Assembly (NCBI GenBank): GCA_964016885.1
Contig: OZ024761.1
Coordinates: 4,836,001-4,900,000, forward strand
DNA length: 64,000 bases
Direction: 5' to 3'
DNA from: Eledone cirrhosa
Lineage: Eukaryota
Under the pieces are notes generated by a model, which made no database searches, was not told where the DNA came from, and was given only the letters and a program-made list of their open reading frames with translations. The position numbers and the translations under genes were made by a program. Positions 41,701 to 54,064 of this stretch are shown here, in pieces. How positions within the stretch are numbered: the first letter of the stretch is position 1; each line of letters starts with the position of its first letter.

Positions 41701-42368
41701 CGTTCCTTCACGCACAAGGCGCCAAGGTACGCATGTATTGTCCAACCAAATGCCAGTGTGGTTCAATGGCGGGTTAATAAATTAACGAGCCAGAACAAAT
41801 ATATATTTTATATTCTTTGAATGAAAAGAACCTTCTGACGAGAATCTTTCTTTGCAACGAAGGCCGTATGGCCTCCGTTTTATTTCTGGGATTCGAAACC
41901 GATCGGTAAAGGTAACTATAGTAGGTAAAGTCAATTTTTTAAAATTTATTTTGAAACTTTTTCATTATTTACTAGACCTTGTTTATATTTGTTCTGGCTC
42001 GTTAATTTATTAACCCGCCATTGAACCACACTGGCATTTGGTTGGACAATACATGCGTACCTTGGCGCCTTGTGCGTGAAGGATCGTATTTCATATTACT
42101 ACTACCTCCACTAACGTTGAGAACAAACTTGGTCATTCCGACTGCTGCTAGTAATAGCTGTGGCTAGTTTGACCTACCTTCTTTTGCCTCTATCTTTGCT
42201 ACGGCCCTTGATAAACCTGTTCTACATCATCCACTCTCATCCCAGGAACAGTTTTTGATAACGCTAGTTTGTGATTTAAATTCAGGAATTTTATATTCTT
42301 TGAATGAAAAGAACCTTCTGACGAGAATCTCTCTTTGCAACGAAGGCCGTATGGCCTCCGTTTTATTT
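41692..42368 (+). mobile_element. Inverted arm + head-to-tail 483-nt ORF-less hammerhead unit
   Basis: ~41692-41805 inverts ~41983-42095; CTGACGA at 41835 and again at 42318. Confidence 0.75.
41830..41913 (+). ncRNA. Hammerhead ribozyme with branched/extended stem II
   Basis: acctt CTGACGA gaatc...gattc GAAA ccgatcgg TA aaggt. Confidence 0.87.
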
Positions 42369-42426
42369 AGAGCACTCTCCTTTCCTTTACCTTTCCTACG
42401 GAAACACAATGTATGAAAAAAAATAC

Positions 42427-42511
<85 letters not shown>

Positions 42512-42656
42512 TGTCTGTCTGTCTACTGTCTGTCTACTGTCTGTCTGTCTGTCTGTGTGTGGATGGGTGTTGGTTGCTTACCGATATTCAGCATGCAGGT
42601 TAAAGCACTCATCGAAGTGCGCAGGTGATGTGGTATTGTTTATTCAAAGAACTGGT

Positions 42657-42722
<66 letters not shown>

Positions 42723-42848
42723 TATATATATACATGCCACCAGTTATTTGGGTAAACAACACCACACTCCTCCAGATCTGAACATATCAACGAATTAACA
42801 AGGTAAAATCTATTACATTATGTTTCCGTTTTTTCTGTTCAAGTTCTA

Positions 42849-42907
42849 GCTGCCTGATGAGGTCATAGCTGTTGAATAATGGTTATCACCGAAATATATA
42901 TAACAGT
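42849..42907 (+). ncRNA. Hammerhead ribozyme (family of 7998)
   Basis: ctgc CTGATGA ggt catagctgtt gaat aatggttat cacc GAAA tatata TA acag. Confidence 0.75.
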
Positions 42908-42956
42908 GAATATGATTAAACGAAGTTAATTTTAACCTGTTGACTTACACTTCTTG

Positions 42957-43012
<56 letters not shown>

Positions 43013-43044
43013 TTTAGAGAGTGAACAACACAAAATATAACTAC

Positions 43045-43110
43045 TCCATTACCAAAGGTTTCTGGATTACAGACGATAATAATATACGTCTGGATCGGTC
43101 GTCAGATAGA
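43045..43110 (-). ncRNA. Hammerhead ribozyme in fold-back element ~43008-43215
   Basis: tctat CTGACGA..cagacg..cgtctg..GAAA cc ttt gg TA atgga. Confidence 0.68.
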
Positions 43111-43222
43111 GATCTCTATCTGACGACAGTAGTTATATTTTGTGTTGTTCACTCTCTAATGGAATAGCTCTGTTCTATACATAGAGCATTCTTTTTTCCT
43201 TTGGAATTACGTAACATATATA

Positions 43223-44428
43223 TCACCTTGACCGACCAGTCTGTCGGGCGTCAATTCGGCGCCGCTGGTCACAGCACGCCGTCCATTCCTCTCTGGATCT
43301 TGCTTTCCTCATCCATGTAGTCCCAATCGTATTCTTCAAATCGTAACTCCACCCTCGTGGAGGCCTTCTGAGTAGTCGTTTCCGCTCGCGCGGGTACCAC
43401 TCGGCAACTGCGCGGGTCCACCGATTATCGGTGAACCGGGCGACGTGTCCAGCCCATCTGAACTTGGTGCGCATATATTCCGTGATGACGTCCCTCACGC
43501 CGGACTTCTGTCTGATGACTTCGCACCTGATGTACTCTCTCAACGAGATTCCTAGCATTTGAGCCGTTACCAGCCTTCCATCTGGCCCTTACTCTCCGCG
43601 AGATCTCCCTCTCAATGTCTCGGCGCATGTTCACTTCTCGTCCCAGGTAGACGTATTCCTCCACCTCCTCTATTTCATCACCGCCAACCACCATTCGACC
43701 TGTTGCTACGTTGTCGGACCGCATGAACTTCGTTTTCATGCGGTTCATCTTGAGGCCTACTGCAGAGCTTTTGATGTCGAACTCCGCCGTTAGCTGATCC
43801 GTGGTTTCAGCGATGAGTACGATGACATCAGTGAAACGGAGGTGGGTAAGTATCTCGCCGTTGATGTTGATACCGCCTTGCCAGTCAGTGCCTCTGATGA
43901 TCTGCTTGCGACACGCGGTAAAAAGTTTTGGAGAGATCGTATCTCCTTGCTTCACTCCCTTCTCTACCGGCACTCGACGGGTGATGACAGCAGAGCTATG
44001 TCGGTGGTGCATCCGGAACCCGCCTCCCTCAGCAGTTGAACGTATTGCCCCTCGACTCCTTGCCTCTGCAGCGATTCATACGCTATCTGGACGAGGGAAG
44101 AATACCCTCGCACTGGAAAGAGTCGAATACCATCCTGCTATACAATAATGGCGATAGAGAAGATCTGAAGAACTACCGACCCATATGCCTGCTGTCTCAC
44201 GTGTAGAAGCTGTTCACGAAGATAATCCTGAACAGGTTATCACGTCATCTGGACGAACAGCAACGGAGAGAGCAAGCCGGCTTCCGGAAAAAACTACAGC
44301 ACGATGGACCACATATTTACTCTGACACAACTGCTTGAGCGAGCAAGAGTACAAGATGCCTCTTTGCGTCGCGTTCGTAGACTATGAGAAGGCCTTCGAC
44401 AGCGTCGAAATCAACGCACTGCTGAACA
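43223..44428 (-). mobile_element. RTE-clade LINE fragment with 5' inversion (44071-44428 reads +)
   Basis: Minus: GVKQGDTISPKLF, LRFTDVIVL, YVYLG, RWAGHVAR; plus: NYRPICLL, EQAGFR, FVDYEKAFDSVE. Confidence 0.88.
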
Positions 44429-44689
44429 CATATATATATATATATATATATTACAAGAACATAGGTGTGTCGTTGGTATTTTTCCATTCGTTTTGAGCTA
44501 AACAAAGATTTTCATAAAAAAAGATTTAGCGCAATGGAGGATTATGTTCGACTGAAACAGAAACCTACGTCATTCACTGTAAAGATTACACTCTGATTTC
44601 TGTTTTTTAAATATTCAACTAATAAATTACTATAGTATCAAAACTACCCACTTTTTCACCAGCCACACCTCGATAGCAGTTTCCTGCAC

Positions 44690-45160
44690 ATCACTTCTTC
44701 TTCTTCTTTGTTTTCTTCTTCTTCTTCTCCTCCTCCCCTTCTCCCTTTTTTCCTCCTCCTCCTCCTCCTCCTTCTTCTTTTTCTTCTTCTTCTTCTCCTC
44801 CTCCTCCTCCTGAGAGGGTCAAACACTCCCTCCAGCAGGTCCTGTCAGATGCAACCCTCTCCAACTGATCCCAAGGGAGATCAGCCAAGTTCATGGATGT
44901 TATCCAACCATCTTGCTCGGGGTCTGCCCCTTGGGTTTCCTGTCGGCTGGTTTTGCCCGCAAAATCTGTCCAGAGATTCTTTCCTGAGACCTTCTAACCA
45001 CATGTCTGTAGTATCGGAGCTGTGATCTCTCAATTCGGAGAAGTAGCGGCTCTACCTGGAGTGACTCTCTTATCTCGGAGTTACGCACTTTATTGAGTAA
45101 CATTAGTCCGAAGATCCTTCGGAGGAATCCCGTTTCAATCGCTTATATTCGTGATCGTAT
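44690..45160 (-). mobile_element. RTE-like LINE 3' fragment with (GGA/GAA)n tail
   Basis: KVRNSEIRESLQVEPLLLRIERSQLRY..HV. Confidence 0.75.
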
Positions 45161-45404
45161 TACATAATAATAAAGGAAACATCAAACTTGTCCGTTCCCT
45201 TGTTCATAGCCTGTATTGAATTAACCATATTACATAACACCCTTATTACTTAAGATGCTGTCCGATAAAGTCGTGTTGGTAGTTGCGTAATCACAGCATG
45301 ACGTAATCATGAATGCCACAGAAATATGTATTACGGCTGACCATTGAAAAATGAAATTATGAATATCTACACCTGGCCCTCGCAATTATCATTTTTTTTA
45401 CGTA

Positions 45405-45557
45405 TACTCTGAGTTCAAATCCTGCCGAGGTTAACTTTGCCTTTCATTCTTACGGGGGTCGATAAAATAAAGTACCAGTCACGCACTGGGGTCGATTTAA
45501 TCGACTTTCGCCTCCCCCAAAATTGCTGGCCTTTTGCCTATATAAGAAACCATTATT
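45405..45557 (+). mobile_element. tRNA-derived SINE, 5'-truncated, with flanking duplication
   Basis: SINE consensus; tttacgtatactctg on both sides. Confidence 0.85.
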
Positions 45558-45764
45558 TACGTATACTCTGTCATGGACTAACATGAAAAACGGAAACAGC
45601 TTGCTCATGAAATTAACGAGTAACTTGCTTGGTTGACCATTTTATAGGCACGACCACATGCGACTTACGCATGTGTTCACTCCTCTGTAATTCCAAGGGC
45701 CAACCTTGTCGCAGTGCGACTTCATCGGACAGCATCAAGGTTGGCCCTTGGAATTACAGAGGGT

Positions 45765-45875
45765 GAACTGGAGCAACAGCAAATGTAATTGTCTTGCTGA
45801 AGGACACAGCACACTGGCGTGAATCGAACTGACGACCTTAAAATAGTGAGTCGAACATTGAAACCACTAAGCCTT
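45765..45875 (-). mobile_element. Second tRNA-derived SINE family, head region
   Basis: ggcttagtggtttca..agttcgattc..gtccttcagcaagaca; homolog at 58478-58600. Confidence 0.7.
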
Positions 45876-46048
45876 TGTGTGTATATGACACCGTTTTAGT
45901 GTACTTAATATCAACTTATTCCTTACTAGCAAACATTAGTTTCAAAATCCTTTCAGAGCAATAACCCGCACAAAAGAATGTTTTTCTTTCAAGTAAACAT
46001 GAAAATATTGTATCAACTTTAACAATAGGCTATGTGTGTTTGTGTGTG

Positions 46049-46146
<98 letters not shown>

Positions 46147-46219
46147 GGTGTGTGTGTGAGGGTGTGTATTAGTCTATGTAAACATATTGGACTTTGTTTG
46201 AATTTCTTAAAAAATTTAA

Positions 46220-48003
46220 ATATGTCATCCAATAGAGAAATGAAACTTCATCACACAGGGAGGTCAGATTCGAATATTGCAAAGTTACTTGCAAGATCTA
46301 CTGATGAGAAAGCTGTGAAGATCTACTGTTAGGAAAGCTGTGAAGATCTACTGATGGGAAAGCTGTGAAGATCCACTGATGGGAAAGCTGTGAAGATCTA
46401 CTGTTAGGAAAGCTGTGAAGATCTACTGATGGGAAAGCTGTGAAGATCTATTGATGGGAAAGCTGTGAAGATCTACTGATGGGAAAGCTGTGAAGATCTA
46501 CTGTTTGGAAAGCTGTGAAGATCTACTGATGGGAAAGCTGTGAAGATCTACTGTTTGGAAAGCTGTGAAGATCTATTTATGGGAAAGTTGTGAAGATCCA
46601 CTGATGGGAAAGCTGTGAAGATCTACTGATGGGAAAGCTGTGAAGATCTACTGTTTGGAAAGCTGTGAAGATCTACTGATGGGAAAGTTGTGAAGATCCA
46701 CTGATGGGAAAGCTGTGAAGATCTACTGATGGGAAAGCTGTGAAGATCCACTGATGGGAAAGCTGTGAAGATCTACTGATGGGATAGCCGTGAAGATCTA
46801 TTGATGGGAAAGTTGTGAAGATCCACTGATGGGAAAGCTGTGAAGATCTACTGATGGGAAAGCTGTGAAGATCTACTGATGGGATAGCTGTGAAGATCTA
46901 CTGTTTGGAAAGCTGTGAAGATCTATTTATGGGAAAGTTGTGAAGATCCACTGATGGGAAAGCTGTGAAGATCTACTGATGGGAAAGCTGTGAAGATCTA
47001 TTGATGGGAAAGCTGTGAAGATCTACTGATGGGAAAGCTGTGAAGATCTACTGTTTGGAAAGCTGTGAAGATCTACTGATGGGAAAGCTGTGAAGATCTA
47101 CTGTTTGGAAAGCTGTGAAGATCTATTTATGGGAAAGTTGTGAAGATCCACTGATGGGAAAGCTGTGAAGATCTACTGATGGGAAAGCTGTGAAGATCTA
47201 CTGTTTGGAAAGCTGTGAAGATCTACTGATGGGAAAGTTGTGAAGATCCACTGATGGGAAAGCTGTGAAGATCTACTGATGGGAAAGCTGTGAAGATCCA
47301 CTGATGGGAAAGCTGTGAAGATCTACTGATGGGATAGCCGTGAAGATCTATTGATGGGAAAGTTGTGAAGATCCACTGATGGGAAAGCTGTGAAGATCTA
47401 CTGATGGGAAAGCTGTGAAGATCTACTGATGGGATAGCCGTGAAGATCTATTGATGGGAAAGTTGTGAAGATCTACTCTTTGGAAAGCTGTGAAGATCTA
47501 CTGATGGGAAAGCTGTGAAGATCTACTGATTGGAAAGCTTTGAAGATCTACTCTTTGGAAAGCTGTGAAGATCTACTGTTTGGAAAGCTGTGAAGATCCA
47601 CTGATGGGAAAGCTGTGAAGATCTACTGATGGGAAAGCTGTGAAGATCTACTGATGGGAAAGCTGTGAAGATCCACTGATGGGAAAGCTGTGAAGGTCTA
47701 CTGTTAGGAAAGCTGTGAAGATCTATTGTTTGGAAAGCTGTGAAGATCTACTGTTTGGAAAGCTGGGAAGCGTTTTAAAGAGCAAGATTTATCGGATAGA
47801 CCCAGAAGTGGAAACCGCGACTAAATAGACTCCTACTCTTATTAAAGCCATTTGAGAAAGGGTAAGAAGAAATCTGAAAAGGTCCATGAGTAAAATGGCA
47901 AAAGAGGTCCGAGAAAGCCCTGGGACAATGTGAAGGATCATCAATGATGACTTGGGAATGTCTTCCTTTACCTTTCAGAAGAGACAAACCCTTTCTGAAA
48001 AGA
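46220..48003 (+). pseudogene. Tc1/mariner-superfamily transposase N-terminal remnant interrupted by a satellite
   Basis: IAKLLARST[VWKAVK]RFKEQDLSDRPRSG..TPTLIKAI.ERVRRNLKRSMSKMAKE..RIINDDLGMSSFTFQKRQTL. Confidence 0.72.
46293..47770 (+). repeat. 25-bp satellite (AGATCTACTGATGGGAAAGCTGTGA), ~59 copies
   Basis: Direct inspection. Confidence 0.95.
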
Positions 48004-48919
48004 CAATATGTGCGTGTGTATGCACGTGTGTATGTATGTGTGTGCGTGTGTATGCATGTGTGAGCATATGTATGCATGTGTGTGTGTATGCATGTGTGTG
48101 TGTCTGTGCACGTGTGTGTGTGTGTATTAAACATGTGCATGTACAAACATACACTCACATACACAGAATGCATTTCCTATCTCAGTTATGTTGCTACAAT
48201 AAGTTCGTTCTCCAGTCACAAGGTCCTGGGTTCTAACCCTACATTTGTCTCTGTAAATAGTTATTTCCCCAAACTTTCTATACTGTATATCATTTATACA
48301 TATTGAACGTTTGGTAAATTACATCCTAAAAATAAATTATTAAAATGGTCTTATCTTTATTCACTTCTATGTGTTACTAACCGACGTAAACTATAGGGTT
48401 TCTCTTATGTAAACCCTTAATTGATCAAAATAACAAATTCCTCAGTTTGTAAAATCGTATTCTGTTTACAAATAAAAACTATTTAACGAATGCGTACATA
48501 GCTGTGTGAGGAAAAGGAATGCCTGAGTTTGCTTTTTTTTCCCTAAATTTTATTGTCTTTTTGTTTTATGAGATTCTTTTTATATTTTGTTTATAAAACA
48601 GCGTTTAAACTCCTAATGTATAGGTCAATAATCTGGATTGTCTCTGTCTTTCTGTCGTTCTGTCGTTCTGTCTTTCTAATCTACAGCCTGATTCTTTTGT
48701 CTGTTCTCTCAATGTTTAGCTCTCCGCCTGTCCGTTGGCCAACAATGAACGTTTACTTGTAGAAACACCAAAACAACAACAACAACAACAACAATAGGAT
48801 TTAAACGTGTATAAACAGGAAAACGTATTTAAAAAACAAAAGAAAACAAATAAACATGACAAAAGCAAATATTGACAAAAGAGATGCGGTAGAGTTGTAA
48901 ATAGGAGAACATGGTTTTA

Positions 48920-51250
48920 CTTTAATAATAATAATTCTTATTTCATTTGTAAGGTTTCTCTATCAATCGGTTGCTACGTGAAGCGTGTTGATTGGTCTCT
49001 GATCAATCTCTGATCTCTGAGGCTCAATATATCATGTAGGGTTTTGGCAGGGCTGGCAATGATGGAAATTTGGACACTGCTTGTGAAGTCAGGGATCCAA
49101 AGGTTTTTAATGAAAGGAACTGTATCTAGTGTCCCACTGGCGATTGGCACAACGTTTTCCTCTATGGGGAGCTCAGTTATAATAGTGTTTGAAAGATATG
49201 CATACTTATTGATATTTTCCATTTACTTTTCAACCACATTGGGGTCTTGGGGGATCACAATATCAATTAGAGTTCATTGGGGTGGTGGTGGTGTGTGTGT
49301 GGGGGGGTTATAACAATATCAGGGGGGGGGGGGTTAACTTTGTGGTCTTGATCTCGGAGTCCTAAAATAACTCTCTCGCCTGAGAGGCAGGTTTCAAGAG
49401 GTGTATGGTCGTACTACTGACATTGCGTTTTGATGTATTTTTGGACCACTCCCAATGGACTCTTGTGATAAGATCATGCCGAATTTTATAACGTCTTTCT
49501 GCTAACTGCTCAAATCTACTGGCAATATGTGTCACAGATTTGACTGATTTATGGCATACTCTGCAGAATGGGGAGCAATTTTGTCCATCGATGTTACCTT
49601 TCGCCCATTTATTCTGAGTGCCTGGTCTTGTGGAACAGTAATAATAACCTCTGTGCTCTTTTAAACCCAACCTGGCCTAAGCAAAACCAAGATCTAGGAC
49701 CAGCAATGTCTTAAATGGCAGCTGGAAATTTGCCATGAAGAGCTTTTCCTTTCCATGCCTGTTCTTGTTTCTCTGTAAAGGCTAATAATAATGGATTCTA
49801 GGTAAAGTGGATGCATGGCATAGAGGAAAATGGAAAATGACCAAAGAAGGGGAGAAACGACGTATGGACATAAGGTATAAAATAGAGTTGAAAGGTTTCA
49901 ATGTAGTGATGGAAGACATGAAACAGCAAACTACGGTAAAATCCAACCAAATTAGACGATTTATAAATAGACAGAAACAATAGAAATAGATAAGATATTC
50001 TTTAGAACATCTGCTACGAGAAAATGGTACAGATGTTGCCCCTAATGCTGAAGAATCCATACAGTTTTGGTCAAATCTATTGGAATTGCAGAAGAGTATA
50101 ACAAAGATGAGAGATAGATGAATGAAGTTAAATATAAGTTATCTAAAGAAGCAAAACAGAAATAGGAAAGAGTCTGAAAAGAAGGTGTTTAAAAGCAAGT
50201 TAGGAAAATGGATGGGATCGAAGGATTCTGGTTGAAAAGTGTTCATTGAAGGATGGGGAAGCACCTAGATGATTATGTAGTACAAGGAGAAATTCTTAGT
50301 TGAGTGGTTGAAGGATAAAAAGAAAAGGTCCGTTTGTTTTTTACAGGCCGGTTGCTGGCTTGAATTTGTTTTGGAAGCTGCAAAAGTGTTCGATTACTTG
50401 CTTCAGAATGAGAAGCTACCTGTTGAGCAGAAGGGGTCTAGGCGAAATTCTCAGGGAACCAAAGACCATGTTGCTGTTGACAAGGTGATTATGAATAACT
50501 GCAAAAGACGTCTAAAGAGTTTATACATGGCTTGGATAGACTTTAAGAAAGTCTTTGACATGGTCCCACATTCATGGTTACTATTATATATTTGAGAATG
50601 TTTGGGATAACAGACTGTGTTATTAATGTAAAGGAGTCTAGCATTGTGGAAGACAAACCTGTATTCAGGTAATAAACAGCTAGGTGTCGTCAAGATCCTT
50701 CTCGCCATTGCTCTTTGCGATTGCCATGATTCCATTATTAATGGTCTCATAAGGGCGGTGGATTGGCAGTATCGGTAGAGGGTCGGACGCCATGCTTTAC
50801 AGCATAGAGTTACGGCCCTTTACCTTCTGAGTTCAAATCCCACCCAGGTTAACTTTGCCTTTCATCCTTACGGGGTCGATAAAATAAAGTACCAGTCGCG
50901 CACTGGGGGTCGATTTAATCGACTTCCCCTACCCCTAAATTGCTGGCCTTGTGCCTATATAAGAAACCATTATTAATGGTCTCGTGGGATACAGATATTG
51001 ACCATCAGATGGACTTAAGATCAATCATCTACTTTTCTTGGATGATATGTGGCTGTTTGGCATGAATCTCAGGTCGAATCACTGGTCAAAACTGTCCACT
51101 GGAGTTGTGGAGACAATGGGATGGAGTTTGCTATTGCAAAGTGTACTTCCCTGACTATGAAAGCATGTACATAGTGGCGGGGTTGAGTTATCTGATGGTG
51201 ATTCGAGTGGCAACCTTGGTGATAGTAGCTATCACACCGTGTAACACATA
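48920..51250. mobile_element. Degenerate R4/Dong-type RLE LINE; 3' part on - (48920-49780), RT part inverted on + (49790-51250)
   Basis: [45 protein letters not shown]; minus CRVCHK..HI..RHD..VHWE, VVPIASGTL. Confidence 0.78.
50749..50975 (+). mobile_element. Full-length tRNA-derived SINE with target-site duplication
   Basis: ccattattaatggtctc on both sides (~50732-50748 and ~50967-50983). Confidence 0.9.
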
Positions 51251-51515
51251 CCAGATAATTATTAATAGCAGTGATGCTAATGATCATGATGATAGAATTG
51301 TGTGGAGGGAGGGGGGGGGGGGTTAGAAAATGCAACTATATGGTTGAAGGTAAAATTGAAAAAAATAAAAAATAAAATTTAAGGTTAAAATTGAATTAAA
51401 TTGAATTAAATAATTAGCTAGTATGGAAATTTTAACAGCTCAAAAATCGAGATTCATTACAGTAAACTGTACATAAGGTTACATACAATTGTTACGTAGA
51501 AGTGTTTATACATAC

Positions 51516-52130
51516 ATGGTGGCTGCCAACTCGTTCTCGAGTACGGCCACTACTTTATATCCATATAGGAGAACCCCCACCGATGCGCTGAACGAGTGTG
51601 ACTTTTTAGTCCAGCCAGCGACTTGAAAACTCTGGTTGGTACAAACACTACACTTGTGACAATTATTGACACATAGTGGTGGGCCCATGGTACCATGTGA
51701 CGACAAGTGCAGAGAGATCTCCAGATATAAAGCAATGCCTGTGCCGTGAAGCTTTTATAGTGAGCAAAGGCACTGCACAAAGCCAGTCCCACTCTCTTAA
51801 CCAAGATGATATTTACCAAAAAGAAGAACAAGTCAACATCATTGGATACCATCAGAGTTGCAGGTGTTATATCAGAGTTTTCCTTCTCCTAGAATTCTGC
51901 CTTGACAAAGGCTAAGGGGTCATCTCTCCCGGTTATTTTGGATGGCCATTGACTCTTAAGAGTTCCTTTTCCCTTTGACAGGTTTTGTTTTTATTCCTGC
52001 AGGATGTCCAAAGTCACCCTCCTCACCAAGAAACCTTGGTGGGGTTGCCAGTTTAGTCGCCAACGACCCGACCATGAGTCAGGTTGTACTGGGATACATG
52101 TTACCAGTAGCACCAACTGGTGACCTGACA
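51516..52130 (-). mobile_element. Non-autonomous RTE-derived element, copy 3 (longest 5' end)
   Basis: Near-identical to copies 1 and 2. Confidence 0.85.
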
Positions 52131-52155
52131 TACATGCATACATACATACATACAT

Positions 52156-52241
<86 letters not shown>

Positions 52242-52276
52242 CCAGGTAGTGTAACGTGGAGGTATTGTAAGTTCAC

Positions 52277-54064
52277 TCAGGTGAGCAATCGATGTTTAGG
52301 GTCACGTGAGTGGCGAGATGTAGAGCTAGACAGAGTGTAATATATAATACAAAGACGATTGGTTATTCCTTCATTACGTTTATTGTGAATGGACCTGGAT
52401 TGGATAGCACATGTCTGCGCATCTCCCACCAGGCCACCCACGACAAGCGCCAACCTCTTTGCTAACACCTTGGCCAAAATCTTTAACTCTGTGTTTAGCA
52501 GGGTTATGGGCCGAAAATTATTTATACTATCTCCCTTGTTCTCGTCCTTCCTCACCAGCGTGACTACGCCCTTGGCTACAGAACAAGGAATTCTCCCGTT
52601 CTGCCGCCAATTGCAGTAGACCGCTTCGAGGAGTTCGGAGAAGAAGACCGGCATTGCTAAATAAAGTTCGTAAGGTATACCATCGAGACCTGGAGATTTG
52701 CGTCTGCTGCATTGGCTGAGCGCATCTCCGATCTCATCAGCCGAGATTGGTCCCTCGCAGGACTCTGCCTCTTCGCTCAAGAGACGCGGCAGGCCGTCGA
52801 GGTATGGACCGAAATCCACGTCCCCGCCCCGACCCTCGCCTCCCCCGAACAATCGGGCAAAGTGCCTTTGAAAGGCCTCGCACATCTGCTTAGGCTCCCG
52901 GATCACCCGTCCATCTTCGTCTTGCAACGACCGGATGGTGGATCGATTTCCACTCTTAGCTTCTGTCACGCGGGCCCAGCCAACGGCTTTGGCCCCCTCA
53001 TTACCTAGAGCACGTATTTTACTTCGAATGACGCAGCCTTCGTGCTTTGCATCGAAAAACTGGTTCAAGGCCGTCCTCGATGCCAGCACTCTGGTCATAT
53101 CTTCCCTCTTGATTGCCTCTTCTAATTTACCTGTTAATTCTTTCTTGTTTCTATTCCTATCGGCAGCTAACATCTTGCTATAACTTATTGATTCTGTTCT
53201 AATCTCTCTTTTGAGAGATGCCCACCATCGGTTGTTGACGATTGCACCCGTCAACCTCTCCTTAACTAATCTGCTAATCCGGTTTCTGTAAGTCTCTTTT
53301 GCCGGTAAAGACAAATTAAGTTTCCAGTAACCGGGAGCCTGTTTATGTGTTTTCTCGAGATTGACTACGCAGGTCACTAATTTGTGATCCGTATAGCCAA
53401 CCATTCGCATTTCTGGACAGCTTAATATGTCCCTATCCTTACTTCTAACTAAGAATCTATCTAAGTACGATCTAGATTGACCACTGTGGTTTCTCCAAGT
53501 CCAGGTAGGCGCAGTTGGAAAATCTAGTCGATATCTATCGACCAAGTTAAAACGGTCGAGTAACCCCTTGAGGCTGTTACACCCCCCTCTATTAGGACAT
53601 GCTCCTGCATAGTCCCAACGTGCATCTAGGATGTCATTCCAATCCCCCGCTAGAAGCAGGGAACGCGACGTTCCCAGAAAAGTCTCCAAACGCTGGAAGA
53701 AGTCGGGCCGTTCAGCTCCGAAAGGGGAGTAGACGGCGACCAGTCTCAAGGCCGCACCTTCACTACTGCCAACGTCTAGCACCAACAAACGACCCTCCGA
53801 GTCCGAGTGCACAACCTGTACGGCAAGACCCAGGTGTTTTTGCAGCAGTACGACAACCCCACCCCCACCTCCAGGTTGACAGAGAGATGCATGCACCTCA
53901 AAGTCATCGAAGGTAGAGGCCAGCTGCCGCACGACGCTGATTCGAGTCTCACAGATAACCATTACATTTATACCACATGACCTGAGGTCATTTAGAAGCT
54001 TTGCTTGCTTCCAAGTTGAGCCCAGGCCACGTGCATTCAAACATCCTACTCTTAACACATCCAT
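52277..54064 (-). CDS. Tx1/L1 ORF2: APE endonuclease + N-terminal RT (truncated; last ~35 aa foreign)
   Basis: CLNARG, ICET, AGDWN, SYLDRF, TDH, GYWKLN, KSPGLDG, NFRPITLLN. Confidence 0.9.
   Translation of the reverse strand: MDVLRVGCLNARGLGSTWKQAKLLNDLRSCGINVMVICETRISVVRQLASTFDDFEVHASLCQPGGGGGVVVLLQKHLGLAVQVVHSDSEGRLLVLDVGSSEGAALRLVAVYSPFGAERPDFFQRLETFLGTSRSLLLAGDWNDILDARWDYAGACPNRGGCNSLKGLLDRFNLVDRYRLDFPTAPTWTWRNHSGQSRSYLDRFLVRSKDRDILSCPEMRMVGYTDHKLVTCVVNLEKTHKQAPGYWKLNLSLPAKETYRNRISRLVKERLTGAIVNNRWWASLKREIRTESISYSKMLAADRNRNKKELTGKLEEAIKREDMTRVLASRTALNQFFDAKHEGCVIRSKIRALGNEGAKAVGWARVTEAKSGNRSTIRSLQDEDGRVIREPKQMCEAFQRHFARLFGGGEGRGGDVDFGPYLDGLPRLLSEEAESCEGPISADEIGDALSQCSRRKSPGLDGIPYELYLAMPVFFSELLEAVYCNWRQNGRIPCSVAKGVVTLVRKDENKGDSINNFRPITLLNTELKILAKVLAKRLALVVGGLVGDAQTCAIQSRSIHNKRNEGITNRLCIIYYTLSSSTSRHSRDPKHRLLT

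Noticed and set aside
45255-45765. Hammerhead-like CCGAT(A/G)A motifs and a hairpin at ~45677-45766
   Set aside because: No GAAA/stem III in the right position.
46293-47770. CTGATG(G/A)..GAAA in the 25-bp satellite as tandem hammerheads or a CRISPR array
   Set aside because: No stem II between the motifs, no unique spacers, and the unit derives from transposase coding sequence.
52040-52130. HDV-like ribozyme at the 5' end of the RTE-derived element
   Set aside because: Hairpins are present, but the nested P1/P1.1/P2/P3 pseudoknot order could not be assembled by eye.
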